From the NCBI GenBank assembly GCA_002269645.1, contig NIVC01000276.1:1-64000 (forward strand): DNA of 64,000 nucleotides. The letters are read 5' to 3'. The notes beneath the pieces were generated by a model. It did not search any database. It was not told the DNA's origin and worked only from the letters and a program-made list of their open reading frames with translations. This document shows positions 1 to 12,167 of this stretch, one piece after another. The translations under genes were made by a program, and so were the position numbers. Each line of letters opens with the position of its first letter. The first letter of the stretch is position 1. Source of the DNA: Macrostomum lignano. Lineage: Eukaryota.

Positions 1-99
1 TTAAACTCGACGTGTAACTTGTCACCTCCGGCTGAATACTTGCATAGAGACTTGGCCGGATTGGCGTCTGCTGAGTCGAGTTAGCAAGGTCTGTTGTCT

Positions 100-925
100 C
101 TATCTGTGAGACCGAAGCGACTTCGAAGTTAGTGCCCAGTAGTTTGGCTTCTCGCACACAATTGTCCAGGTGGGTTGCCTCATACTCTTGCAGCTTCTGT
201 ACGCTGGCATGAGTACAATCAACTTGCAATGTACCTGTTGGGTACTCTTGTAGCACTCCTCTCATGACGGCGAGGCATTCTCCGTGCTGATACTGATTTA
301 TTCGGTCGGAGGACGATCCCCGGAAGATGAGGGAGACGGAGGCAGCAGAATCATCAACAATGGTTAACCGGGCACGATTCACGTTCTTCCATTGTTTCGT
401 AATGATAGGTGACGGTTCCTCCACCTCCACGTGCGGATGTCCACACGTCTGGAAGAATGAACAAGGAGTTGTGTCATGTGCCTTATGCATTCGTTCGTAA
501 AACAAATACACGTTTAATATTTTTGTGGCTTTAGCGGCTTTTACTTAAAATTGCCGAGTTATCTAGTCAGTTATCTTCTTAGTTAGAAAAACGTACGAGT
601 GCATAGCCACACGTGATAGATTGGCAATGTGCTCAAACCGTATGTCAGTCGTCGGGCTCCTAACTTCTATCACTTATTCCGTCGGCTCTAGTACGCCGGA
701 ATCCGCAGAAAAGGGAAATTTCCTTGGAATTTTGCGCAAAATTGTATCTCGGATTAGCACTCCTGACAGTGCCAGCGAAAGACGGAAACACTTGTACCTC
801 AGTACCTTCTCACGGAGTTCGGCTAGCTTGTCGCCAAACACACTGACCCGAATTTCTCCGGTTACGTCAGAGAGAAGGAAGTTCAAAACCTCTCCTGGCT
901 TGCCAGTTTTGCTGGTGAACGTTCA
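100..925 (-). pseudogene. RPA70-like OB-fold fragments 3' of the Helitron helicase
   Basis: TFTSKTGKPGEVLNFLLSDVTGEIRVSVFGDKL (~925-800) resembles RPA70 DBD-A (..[22 protein letters not shown]). NRARLTIVDDSAASVSLIF (~380-325) resembles a further OB-fold strand. RPA70-like genes are an established Helitron cargo. Confidence 0.65.
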
Positions 926-3272
926 GTAATTGTTTAGGTAATTTTAACAACATTTTTGGAACATAAATAAATTAGTGAAATACGAGTATAATTAATATAG
1001 ATTAACTAATTTCATGTACTAAATGTAGTCTTCACTTAGACGCTGATTACGTGTCAGCTTGTGCTGCTGAAATTCAGGCTACAGGGTACTCTTGTTGATA
1101 CAGGTCTCAATTGTGTTGGCCATTGTACCGCCTTTGATGACTGCGAGAAGCTGCCGAAAATCACCAGCAAGGACAGTCGTTATTCCGCCAAATGGTCTGT
1201 CAGTCACAATGTCTCGCAGAATTCATTCCACCGTATCCAGAGTCCTTCGATGGATCATAGCAGCCTCATCCCAAACTATCAATTTAGTGCGCCGCAGTTT
1301 TTCGGCTAAATCAGTTTGTTTTCCAACGTTGCAGAAGCTTCCACGTTGGTTTGATGACGACAGCGGGACCTTAAAAGCAGTGTGCAGTCTGGCCTCCCGG
1401 AAGCAGAGTTGCGGCGATTCCTGTACTTGCCACTGCAAATACCATCTCTCCCTCCGCTCGAACGCGGGAAATCAAAAGCTCTAGCAGAAAGCTTCTGCCA
1501 GTTCCACCGGCTGCGTCAATAAAGAGCAGCCCACCTTTTCCTGTTTGGAGACTGGCGCAAACAGCATCATAGACAGCTCTCTGCTCGCGGTTTAGCAACT
1601 GTTCTCTCTCCTCCACGACAGTAAAAAGCTCTTGGATAGCTCGTATTAAACTCTTCATCAATACTCGTCTGCTGGATAGGCTCTGGAAGATGAAAATCAG
1701 AGAGACTATAGCCACCCATCGCTTGCAGTCGCTTGGACAGATCTTGAAGGACTCGGTTGTCCAACCAGGCTTCATCAGCAGATTCTCGTTGCGCAAAATC
1801 TTCGCCCATGGCCATACGAAAACGGGACCACAGGTCTCAAATACTTGCGGGATCTCCATGCACCAGAATAACTGAGAACAGGCACCGCAGAGCAGCCGGC
1901 ATTTGAGTCTCTACAGCCTCTTCCAAGCACAATCGCCAATGCGCATCATTTTCCAACATCCCCATTGCCACACAGGCTTCCTGGAACGTTGGGTATTCAA
2001 TTCCATTTACTTTGCGCAGAGATTTAATGCTCGTGGCCCCGGAACACGCAGTAAAGCCAGGCGTAGGTAGAAAACCTCCTTCGCTCGGGGACTCACAGCA
2101 TATATCCGACCAATGCACTCACGTCTCTTAACTCCATTATAGCCTTCTACAGGAGATCCTTTCGTTGTTCGTTCCCAAACCTTCCTAACTGCCCGCTAAA
2201 CGTAGTATTGAGGTACCTGCCTCAATACTACGTTCCACAGAAGCTTCAGAAGCTTCTTAGCAAATGCATCATTTTCGAACAACTCAAAAAATGCCGTCAG
2301 TGCACTTCTCGGGGCCCTTGAAACCTGAGAGACGGCCGTCTGCTCGCTGAACACTACGCGGTTTTCACCAGGCAGATGCACACACAGCTGAACTACTGGG
2401 GGGTGGCGACTGTGAATGTGAAATCCGAAAATCTGAGCACCTTCATTGAGTCCCATGTAACGCGTCATCATGTAGGCATCAATTTCATCAGTCTTAGCCC
2501 GCTCACGCTGCGGGACTGTCAATTAGCAAATCGCCATGTCAGACCCTTTGTTCAGATACTTTACCAGGCACTTAATAGCCTTAACTGTTGCACAAACTTC
2601 AACGTTAATATGGCAGCGGAATTCACGCAGTAGGTCAGGATTGTATGGGACGACAAACCTGTGTGGGTGGGGTTGTTAAGTTTCTTGAACAAAATGTTAG
2701 TACGCTCGTAAATCATTTGGAAATCCATCGAACTCTGACTTATTATTTATGAATCAGATACCCATCAGTTATTTTAAATATGCTAAATCTATAACTACAC
2801 AGTTTTTTATCGGCTGGATAATAGCTTTTACACTTACCTATTATCCATCACAAATTCCTTTGCACGAACGAACTTTTTGCCGACGTGCCCACCCATGGCA
2901 GGAGATCTGCGGCGGTAAAACGGGTAGCCAGGGTCATTGATAATCGTCGCTGCTTGATAATGCTTCGGAAATCCCTTGCTGCACATTCCATTCTTCATAC
3001 AAACACATGCCGGATTGAGGTCTCCACAGGGCCCATGAAGCATATTGTCAACTACCAACTGGTGCAGCGCGGGGTCATTTTTGGGACTTAAAATCTCTGC
3101 AGAAACTACTTCATCGTAGCGAGCAGGTGTAATACGATCCTGTACAGCCAGCCAAAGCAGGATGTGCACATGCGGAAGTCCTGTGTAAGGTTGAGATAAT
3201 GGTGCTAGGGATTTGTGGTGTTAACTAATCTGTTACCATTATTTGTGTTGTATCTATTTCTTTCTCTCTATC

Positions 3273-3276
3273 CCTC

Positions 3277-3330
<54 letters not shown>
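3273..3330. repeat. (CT)n microsatellite inside a Helitron intron
   Basis: Nearly pure ctctct run, with degenerate CT-rich flanks to ~3420. Confidence 0.95.
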
Positions 3331-3333
<3 letters not shown>

Positions 3334-5424
3334 CCTCTATCTCTCACACTCTGACTCTCCCTATCTCTATCATGTTTATTTGTTCATCTCTCTATTTCTC
3401 TCCCTCTTCTCTCTCTTCTGTTTATTTCAATATGGAGTATTACTCAAACATACTGTTGGTTCTGGAGGCACAGACACTATAACACCAATTTTGATGCAGC
3501 CTATAGCTAACTCGGTAGTTTCTTAAGTGCTCCAGTTGAGCAGCTCTCACTATCACTTTTATTTATTGTGGCCTTAGAACGAGGCACCGCTCATTCAAGT
3601 TGTACTGTAATGCTAGTGGCGGTCATGCCATAGATAAAAGTCTATATCAAATTTATACTTCTAACACATACTACTATGTTAACTATTCCAATTTGATTTC
3701 CTATAATAATATAGACTTATCTATTAGCCTGGAAATCTGGTAAATCAAGCATAACTCAACATGTTCGTGCTCTTACCGCGCTTCTGGTATTCTAATGAGC
3801 ACACGCGAGCCACATGGACACCAAAAAGAGTCTTGATCCGCATCAGAAGCGCCTTTCTCTTCATGTCGAAAACTCGCATCGTCAAGTCAGGCCTGTCAGC
3901 TACAGTCTGTCCAGGCATCAACTCGTCGACAATCTCCTGCCACTTCGGGTTAGCTGTCATTTTAATGAACAGGTCTGGTCTGCCGAAGCAGGATGCACGT
4001 ATCTCATTGCATCCTGCTGACGCTCCCTCATAGCACGGACCACCAACGAAGCTGGAAGACAAAATCGTGACAGGCCTACCCACTCTGCTTGCATCTCCGT
4101 CAGAAGCAACCAAGGCATCCTTCAGGCCGCTGTATGTCTCAGATCGCAGTTGCTCCTGATGGGCACGAATAAAGCTCAACCACTCGGCTTCAATCTTAGC
4201 GGCTTGATAAACAATGTATTGTTGAAAAAGACGCTTGCCATGATGCAAGGGGTTTAACACACCAGGCCGAACCATGAGTAAGTGCGAGTACATGGCCTTG
4301 GGAGTCAAATTCCGACTGTTGCTCATTTTCAGCCCCAGGTGCCAGCCATCCTGTCCGTACGGATGAAACAACACGTACTCCCGGGCATCATAAGAGCGAT
4401 GTGTCTCATCGATTCTCTTCAGACCACTGCCTCATCCTTCAGTACAATATCCTGCCTGGATTCTGGGCCTTCAGTGTCATCGTCAAGGGCGTCACAAAGA
4501 ACCGCCACCTCGCTGACCATCGGTAGATTGAATCCCCTGGATAGAGGTGAAAATAAAGGTAATTACAATATTTTTTAGCGTCTGTTGTGGTTTTTTGAAA
4601 ATAAAGGTTCAATTTTAAACTTGCATTGAAAATATAAAGAAAAATTAGAAGTTCGAAAGTTAGAAGAAATAAAAAATATATATACATACGTACCTTACAT
4701 GCTCTCCAGCCGGCCTTCGATCAGCTCAGATCACCAGACATGCATTCTGTAGCGTCGGATCCTCCGTCAGTCTGTCGATAGCAGCCTTGAAGCTTTGCAC
4801 ATAGCTGTTATCACGATAAAGCATGGTCTGCAGCAACTCCAGTAGCTGAGGGTCCAGGTACTGCACCATCTCCAACCGCGTCTAAAGCTCGGTGTCGCAA
4901 AAGAAGAGCTGACAGAACTTGGCAAATCTTCTGTCGTCAGGAAGAAGGCTGCCGATTCTGTGGTAGATTTTTCCGTGAATAATTACGCTCGCGTATCCGC
5001 CAGACATTTGCCGCTCTTTCACGCCAAAGGAGGTCATGTGTAGAGCGGCATTATACTTTCGTATGTTGTTTAGAAAAGTGCTACTCTTCTGGTGATCCCC
5101 AGAGTACAACTGTTTCAGTTCCTCAGGCACGGTCGGCGGCGCGAGGTTCACCTTGCCGCCGCTTCAGCAGAGCCCTTTGACCTTTAGCTTCCATCGCAGG
5201 GCACCGCAATCACTGCATGGCCAGATCATGCGACCGGCTGAGTGCGCTGCTGCTGGCTTTGACGTGTGCGAAATATGAGTGCTGCAATTGTTAGCAACAA
5301 AAGTGCCAAACTAATCTTCTTTATACGAGCGTAATAAATATAGATATTAAATGGACTGGTACTTCTCAAATTTCCACTTGGCGAACCTGTCAGATCAACA
5401 ATCATACATTTTAGAAGTTTGTAC

Positions 5425-6166
5425 TCACGCTGTGCCAGTGCGGTTCTCAGCCCCAGCTCGCGCCCCAGCAGTAGCAACAGCAGAGGCTGAGGGGAGCCTG
5501 TCAGCATCGCTGAAATCCTCATCACCACCAATTTCCCCAGAGGATTGGCCATGTCTGCTGCTCAATGCTGCGTTACTGACCATGGAAGCCTCAGGCAGCC
5601 ATGACTGACTCCCAGCATCTCGAATGGAGTTCGCTGAGGTGGAAAAGCACGATAGCACAGACTGGTAATGCATATTGTGCAGAATTACCCTCACTGTTGC
5701 CACAGGAGGTTGCAAGGGGGACCAGAAAGTCCTTAGCACACCTCCGTTCATCTGGTAAATCACCAGGTCAAAATTGAAACATGTGCTTAAGAACGGAACG
5801 ATTTCGTCTGGAACAGCGACATCCGGCGTCCAAGAGGCTCTCAAAATAGCTTGGGAGGAACCCTGCACAAAGTCACCACGTGTTTCAATTTCCAGTATAT
5901 GGGGTGCAGCACGGCGCGTAAGCTCCTGGCGCAAGTAAGTAGCTGTATTCACTTAGCGGCGTGCCCTTCAGTTAGTCACAAACAGCGTGATAAAAACAGT
6001 TGCCGTCACCCGGAACGTCTTGCAGTTGCATTGGAGAACTGCAACTTTGCGGCATTACGGCCTGGTTTGTTGATGAGTCGTTTATGTAATGTAGCTGGCT
6101 TGATGATGGCACCGCCGTTGGGCGCCACTGAATGGAACGGAATCGTTCCATTACTTTACATTGCAT
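5425..6166 (-). pseudogene. OTU-like cysteine protease domain (Helitron N-terminal module), disrupted
   Basis: LQDVPGDGNCFYHAVCD* (catalytic D/C loop), then VILHNMHYQSVL (catalytic His). In-frame TAA at 5972-5974 and a frameshift at a tact/tact duplication near 5935-5945. Confidence 0.85.
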
Positions 6167-6739
6167 ACAGAGTCGTTGAGACCTTTCTTCCGCGCTTTCA
6201 TTCTGGCGGCGCTGCTTGGCCTACCTTCTCTTTACTTCAGCATTTTTGCGCTTTCCCATTGCTTAAACTTCAAAAACAAACGGTAGAAGACTTCACAAAC
6301 AAACGGTAGAAAAAGAAGAAGAAGAAGAAGAAGGTATCTTATTACTTACAAACAACCGGTACAACTTTAGTTATTTAGATTAGCCATAGAGTATAGATTT
6401 CTCTAGCTACGAGAAAAATACATTGATTAGATAGGGAAAATACCTGTTTTTACATCAAAAGTGTACTTAATTTCCGTCAAAAATATAGAAAAAATAGCCT
6501 CTGCTGGATTTTTTGATTTCCTACATAGAGAAATAGATTTAAAAAATTGGTTCAGCCAATCGGCCTGCAGCGTGAACTTCACAAACAACCGGTACAACTT
6601 TAGCATATAGATATCACAAAATCTTCTCCAAATCAGAAGCATTATTTGGAACATTGAAGTGAACAAGCCAACAGTATATTTAGCAACAAACACAACTGAC
6701 ATAAAAACAAAACTTAGCATACTCAACTTGAATGATCCA

Positions 6740-7950
6740 GTTGAAACAGTTTTCGGATGAGAGTTCTTACATGTACATCGTCTTAGTCACGGAACGTGAT
6801 TTCCAGCCGCCCATCTTCAACGACAATAGACTTGACCCCCAGATGACGCCCGTCTGTGGCTCGATCGGCGCCGATGATCCAGGCGAGACAGAAACATTCT
6901 GCAGAACATCAGAGGCCAGTCGAGCAACTTTAGCTGATGGCCCAATGTATCGCTCCATCGCAGATGAAGAAGACCGGTAAAACGAGCAATTTCTGGCCTT
7001 GACATACCAGCATCTCGAAGCGTGGTGGCACAAGTCTTTCTAAGACTCTGATTCGTGTAGAGACCTCGGGTAGACAAACAACCAGATTCCGAACAACAGC
7101 TTCCAAACTGTGGAGACCAAGCGATTGATTTTGGTACCACTTGCCGGAGCGAATAGTGTCTTCCTTGCGATGCACGATAGAAATAGCTGCGGCTAAGAGC
7201 AGTCTGGTGGACAATAGCCAACGTACTTCTTATACAGACACACTAGGCAGCGAACATGACCGGGAGTGTGAAACACAGTGCATAGCTTGAGCGGCCCATT
7301 AAATTTCTTCAAACCACAAGGACTTGTCTTTAAAACGGAACTCTCTTTGTACACGAGAACCTCGTCCGTGCCTTCGATAGAAAGCTGCAGCTGCTTGTTG
7401 ATATCGAGTCTGTGTAACTCCCTACCACCTCGCAATCCGATGACTTTACCGATCAAAAATATTAGGGTGTTCCTCCCATAAGATATTCTCACTATCTGAA
7501 GCAATTGGTGCAGCTACCCGTCCACCATTGAGTTGTCCTTCCCGGGCGGTCTCTCGCATGGCAGCATCTAGCGCACGTCGCGTTTCAGCGAACTCGGCGT
7601 CAGTCCAGATGGAAAGAGTCCGTTTAAGTCCGTAAAAAAAGTGGTGTTGGATCATGGAGACTAGATCTTTGAGGGTGCCAGGTGGAAAATTTTCTCCGTT
7701 CTCTTCACGAACTTCGAACACAAAATACTGGAGCAAATTATTCAGGTCAGATTTCGCGAGATCCTCGGTTGGCTTGATAATCATGAGTCCCGACTCTTTG
7801 CCTGCCAATTGACGATTGACGCGCGTGTCTTTCCATAGATTAGCAGCAGGCAAACTTTCGTCGAATCTTTTTTTAGAGCAGCTTCGTCCAGGGACTGAGC
7901 AGAAACTCAGTTGTCGACTCACTCCGAAAGCAGCAAAGAAGGCGTCGAAA
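6740..7950 (-). mobile_element. Crypton-like (CryptonA/DUF3504, ZMYM/KCTD1-type) tyrosine recombinase, frameshifted
   Basis: LNNLLQYFVFEVREENGENFPPGTLKDLVSMIQHH (DUF3504 N-part); GLRGGRELHRL (catalytic R); RCLVCLYKKYVGYCP; KWYQNQSLG; GLYTNQSLRKTCATTLRDAG..IARFTG..SSSAMERYIG (HxxR-like, TG-H and Y motifs). Split over ORFs 7446-7922, 7193-7504, 6930-7214, 6817-7221 and 6767-7033. Confidence 0.88.
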
Positions 7951-8681
7951 TGGAAGTCTTCTAAGCCTTCTATATTGTATTATTGATTCTAGTTCGAAGA
8001 AAAAGCGACTTTAAATTCGACTTTTACGCTTTGCCACCACTGATTGATTGGCTGCTTCGTGACTGCATCTTTGCTAGAAATTTATTTACTTTTCTGTGGT
8101 CGGAATCGAATGGTCTGAGCATATGTCTATCAATCAGATGGGATGCCCACAAAAAATAAGCAATCGAATTTCATATATGATAAACGCCGTTTAATTCATA
8201 ATAGTCTATGGTTAGAACATTCTAACCACAGAATGTGAATTAAACGGCATTTCTTGTGTATTCATTCCAAGAAGTCGTTCGAATTGCAATGCCGCTTCGA
8301 ATTGCATTGTTCTTTCTTTCCCAGTGAACTCATTTGTAAAGCAATACAAGTTACGGAGCGCGGGGGTTTGAACATAGACTATACAGTCTATCTACCATGC
8401 ATAAGCATTTACAACATCTCCTCTTTCAGAACTGTCCATTCAGTCAGTTGCTCCCACACATCTCCCCATCAGCACTAGTAGCGCTTCTTGCTTGGGTCCA
8501 TCATCAGCCTGTCCGGGGGCCGTACCGCTCGGCCTGATCTGGTCCGAAGTTCTTTTTTGGCAGTTTCTTTTGGCTCTTGCATTTTGAATCGTAGCTTTGA
8601 CTGCATCTGGTGTGTTTGCTGTTGCTGCTGATTACCAGTAGGTTCTGTAGTTCTCGATTTTAAACCAGTTTTTCACCAAAA

Positions 8682-9320
8682 TCTCTACCTATAAAAATCA
8701 AAACTCTGTCTGTGTGTCTGTCTGTCTGTGTGTCTGTCTGTCTGTGGACAATTTTGATCGCTATGGACTCCCAAACCGCTCAACCAAATTACACCAAACT
8801 TTACACCCACCCTAAACTTACTACGGAGAATGTCTTAGGCTACCTTTTAATTTCCTAGACTCAAGTCTTCCTACCTAAAAGTACAAAAAACTGCTCAAAA
8901 TGCGCGATTTTTTCACTTAATCCTCCATAGCGCCGCTCCACTTCTACCGATTCTCTTCAAATTTTACACAGATAATCTTAAACTATTTTGGCACAATCAT
9001 GTAAATTTTCGAGTCTCAAAGTTAATCCTGAGCGGTGATGTGCACTTTTAAAGTTAGGCTGTTTTTTCAGCGTAGCAACCACCCCAACCTCCGCCCGCCT
9101 GCCTCTCTTTCCCGATCTGGGCAAAGGGTGCAAATAGGTTTTTAAATGACTAACTTTGGGCTGTCATAAGTTTGCTTTACGTAAAGCGATTGACTTCAAA
9201 TTTGACAAAATTCTTCATTGACTTATTCTCTGTCCAAATATAAAGTCTCAACTCTGTATCTCAATCAGAACAGAAACTGTAAGCATGTAAAGTTTGTCTG
9301 CTTTTTCTGTTGTTTGTTCT
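8682..9320 (+). mobile_element. Possible non-autonomous Helitron/Helentron-derived (DINE-1/HINE-like) repeat
   Basis: Starts A|TCTCTACCTATAAAAA followed by a (TGTC)n-type microsatellite at ~8707-8745, a layout typical of non-autonomous rolling-circle elements. No 3' hairpin-CTAG found, so the right boundary is a guess. Confidence 0.35.
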
Positions 9321-9879
9321 ACTCACTCACTCATTCCCCCAGAGCCAGACGAAGGGTCAGGCGATAGGGCTCAATGTACATAGCGAATGTACAGTGTTTT
9401 GGAATAGCCTTCTCTGTACCCCCGTGAGTGGAGAGGCGTGGAGAGGAGAGAGTTTAGCGAGAGACAGTCCGCAGCAGTTTAACAGTGGATGGCAAATCAA
9501 GGCGATGTGGGATGGTTTGTAAAAATAGCGAAAAATTAATGAATAACTGATTACAATGCAATCCTACTAAATTGCTTACACCATGAAAATTTTAATATTA
9601 AGATACGAATAAGGTACTTAAAAATTTAAATAACCTAAGAAATGCGTTTTTCCTTGGTTGTTAGACTGCTGCAGACTGTGGTGGTGGAGCTAGAGAATGG
9701 AGATACACAAATTCCTCTTAGGACTGCTAATTGGCCAGAAAGAGCACGAGAAATTATAACAACCATGATAGTACTACGTCCCACAAACTGGCTTTCGAAG
9801 CAGGGATCGGCAGATTTTTATCTCAAAGGCCAGATAAAGAATCAAGCTTATGGCTGCGGGCCAGATGAGAGTGAAAAGG

Positions 9880-11290
9880 AAAAGGAATAGACTATTAGAA
9901 AGGGAGGAGGGGCGAGAGGGGATAAGAGAATATATAGAAGATATCAGGAGAGACGAGGGGGTCGAGGGCAGAGCAGAGAATATGGGAGTCGGGAGGAAGA
10001 AGCGAGAGGAGGGAAGAGAGAAGGGAGATGGAATAGTAGAGATGAGAAGATGGAGAGAGAAGAGGGGAGAGATGAGACAGAGGATCAATGAGAGAGGAGA
10101 GTAGAGAAGAGTGAGAAGAGATGAGAGATGAGAGAACAGAGAGGCAGATGAGAGAGGATCGAGAGGAGAGGTTAGAAAGGATAGAGAAGAGAGGAGATAA
10201 GAGGGGGATAGAGGGGAGAGAGAGGAGTGAGAAGAAGAGATAAGAGATGAGAGAGGGAAGAGTGAGAAGATGAGATAAGATATAAGAGATAAGAAGGGAA
10301 AGTTGAGAAAGAAGAGAGGAGAAAGGAGAGATGATAGAGTAAAGGGAAGAGGAGGAGAGAGGAAAGAGATGAGATCGTGGAGATGAGAGAGATGAAAAAA
10401 AAGATGATCGAGAGAGTAGAGATGAGAGATGAAGGAAGAGAGAGCAGAGTGCAGAGACGAGATAAGAGAATAGAGGGGAGAGAGTATAGAAGAGGGAAGA
10501 GAAGAGAGGAGTAAGGAAAGAGGGGTGTCAGAAGAGGGGAGAGAGAAGAGTACACAGTAGAGAGGAGAGTAAAGATGACAGATGAGAGATGGGAGATGAG
10601 AGAGCAGAAACTAGAGTGAACAGACAAGAGATGGGAGAGTAGAGAGAAGAGGAGAGATGAGAAATAAGAGATGAGAGGTGCACACAAGGGAGAGATGAGA
10701 AGTTAGTGAGGAGAGAGGAGGGGAAGGGAGAGAATCGAGAGGACAGGGGAAATTGGTGAAAAGGACGAGAGAGAGAGGAAAGAGGGGAGAGATTAGAGAG
10801 AAGAGAGAGAGGGGGGGGAGATAGCAGAGAGATGAGAGGAGAGAGAGGGGGGGAGAGGAGAGAGAAGATAAAAGAAGAGAAATGAGAGATAAGATAGCAA
10901 AGACGAGAGAGAAGGGAGGTGAGGGAAGAGACGATAGAATACATGAGAGGAGAGAGTTGAGAGAAGAGAGGAAAAAGAAGAGAGTAGAGATAATGAAAGT
11001 GTTAAGAGAGGGTATAGTAAGGAGTGAGAAGAGAGGTGAGGGAAGAGAGAGCAGAGAGCAGAGGGAAACGAGAAGAGATAAAGAGGAGAAAGGAGATATG
11101 AGAGACCAGAGACCAGAGAGAAAAGAGGAGAGGAGAGAGAAAAGAATAGAGGGGAGAGGGAAGAGACGAGAGAAGAGACGAGAGAGGAGAGAGGACAGAG
11201 GAGAGAAGAAATAAGAGATAAGAGGAGAGAGAGAGAGAAGAGACAAGAGAGAAGATAGGAAACAGAAAAGAAGATGGAAGTTTCAAAGGA
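9880..11290. repeat. 1.4-kb GA-rich (polypurine) low-complexity tract
   Basis: The plus strand is almost entirely A/G (gagaggagagaagag...). The ORFs over it are S/L/F/P-rich or R/E/G-rich artefacts. Confidence 0.95.
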
Positions 11291-12167
11291 TGCAAATGAC
11301 ATAGGGAGAGGCAGAGGTAGAGGCCAGAGTTTGCCTGACATTCTGCGCAGCACCCCAGCCAACAATAGCAATGTTTGCCTCAAATCCTAATTTTACATGA
11401 ATGTACACTATTTTATGTTTAACTCTAATCCTAACTATTAACAAGTTTTTGTTTGAGTTTGACCTCAGATTTTAGAATACATGCAAAAAAATTCCGGGGA
11501 ATGGAGTTCCCCGGGTTCAAAATCCGCGGGTTTCAACAGCTTGTTTTACTATAAATAAAAGCGAAAATCCAAGTAAAAAATTCAGACTCGAAGCGGTCTC
11601 AAGGAAGACTGTGGAATAAGTTAACCAAAGAAGACTCATCTCTGAGAGAAGAAATCTGGATAGATTGGTAAGCGTTTACCCGATTTAGCTAATTGTTACT
11701 AGCGCTAATAAGTTGATTAATTGAGTTTACGAGAGCCACTTATTGTCGACACATTTGAGAAAGGCTTCCTTGTTTCCTAGGATACATTCCTAGAGGATTT
11801 ATTGATTTGAATTGAGTTATCCGTTACGTTTCGGACGTAACGAAGAAGACGCCCTTCAGGAGGACCTATTACAGAAAGTTAGAGAATTCAATTGTTCATA
11901 AGGGCGCACGTGCACGTTCTATTGTTTATTCCGAGCTCGAGGACCGTCAAGAATTCTGCATGATTCGCTCTCGTGTTGGTCGGCCCACAGATTAAGTTAA
12001 GGACTCCAGGAGACAACAGCTGTTCACCGGAACCGGCCCCCGCAACCGCTCAGCAAGCTTGCTATCCCGACACGGCACAAGACTCCACCGACTACCGACT
12101 CCAAGAGGATCCGCTGCAGTGAGAGTTATTCGATTTTGTTTATACCTAGGCACTTGTTCCCCAGTGT

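Larger units (their letters stand above)
1..6170 (-). mobile_element. Decayed autonomous-type Helitron (OTU - Zn finger - Rep/HUH - PIF1 helicase N-half - RPA70-like), intron-containing
   Basis: Minus-strand fragments in canonical RepHel order: CSDCGALRW..LC*SGGKVNL (~5150-5230); FLNNIRKYNAALHMTSFG..HGKIYHRIGSLLP (4882-5151); FGRPDLFIKMTANPKWQEI and EYQKRG|LPHVHILLWL (Rep motifs); HGPCG..CMKNGMCSKGFPK; FVVPYNPDLL..HINVEVC; PTFQEACVAMGMLEND; IDAAGGTG and LIVWDEAAM (helicase motifs I/II). Multiple stops and frameshifts. Termini not located. Confidence 0.95.

Noticed and set aside
9774-11383. S/L-rich and R/E-rich ORFs
   Set aside because: Artefacts of the GA-rich low-complexity tract.
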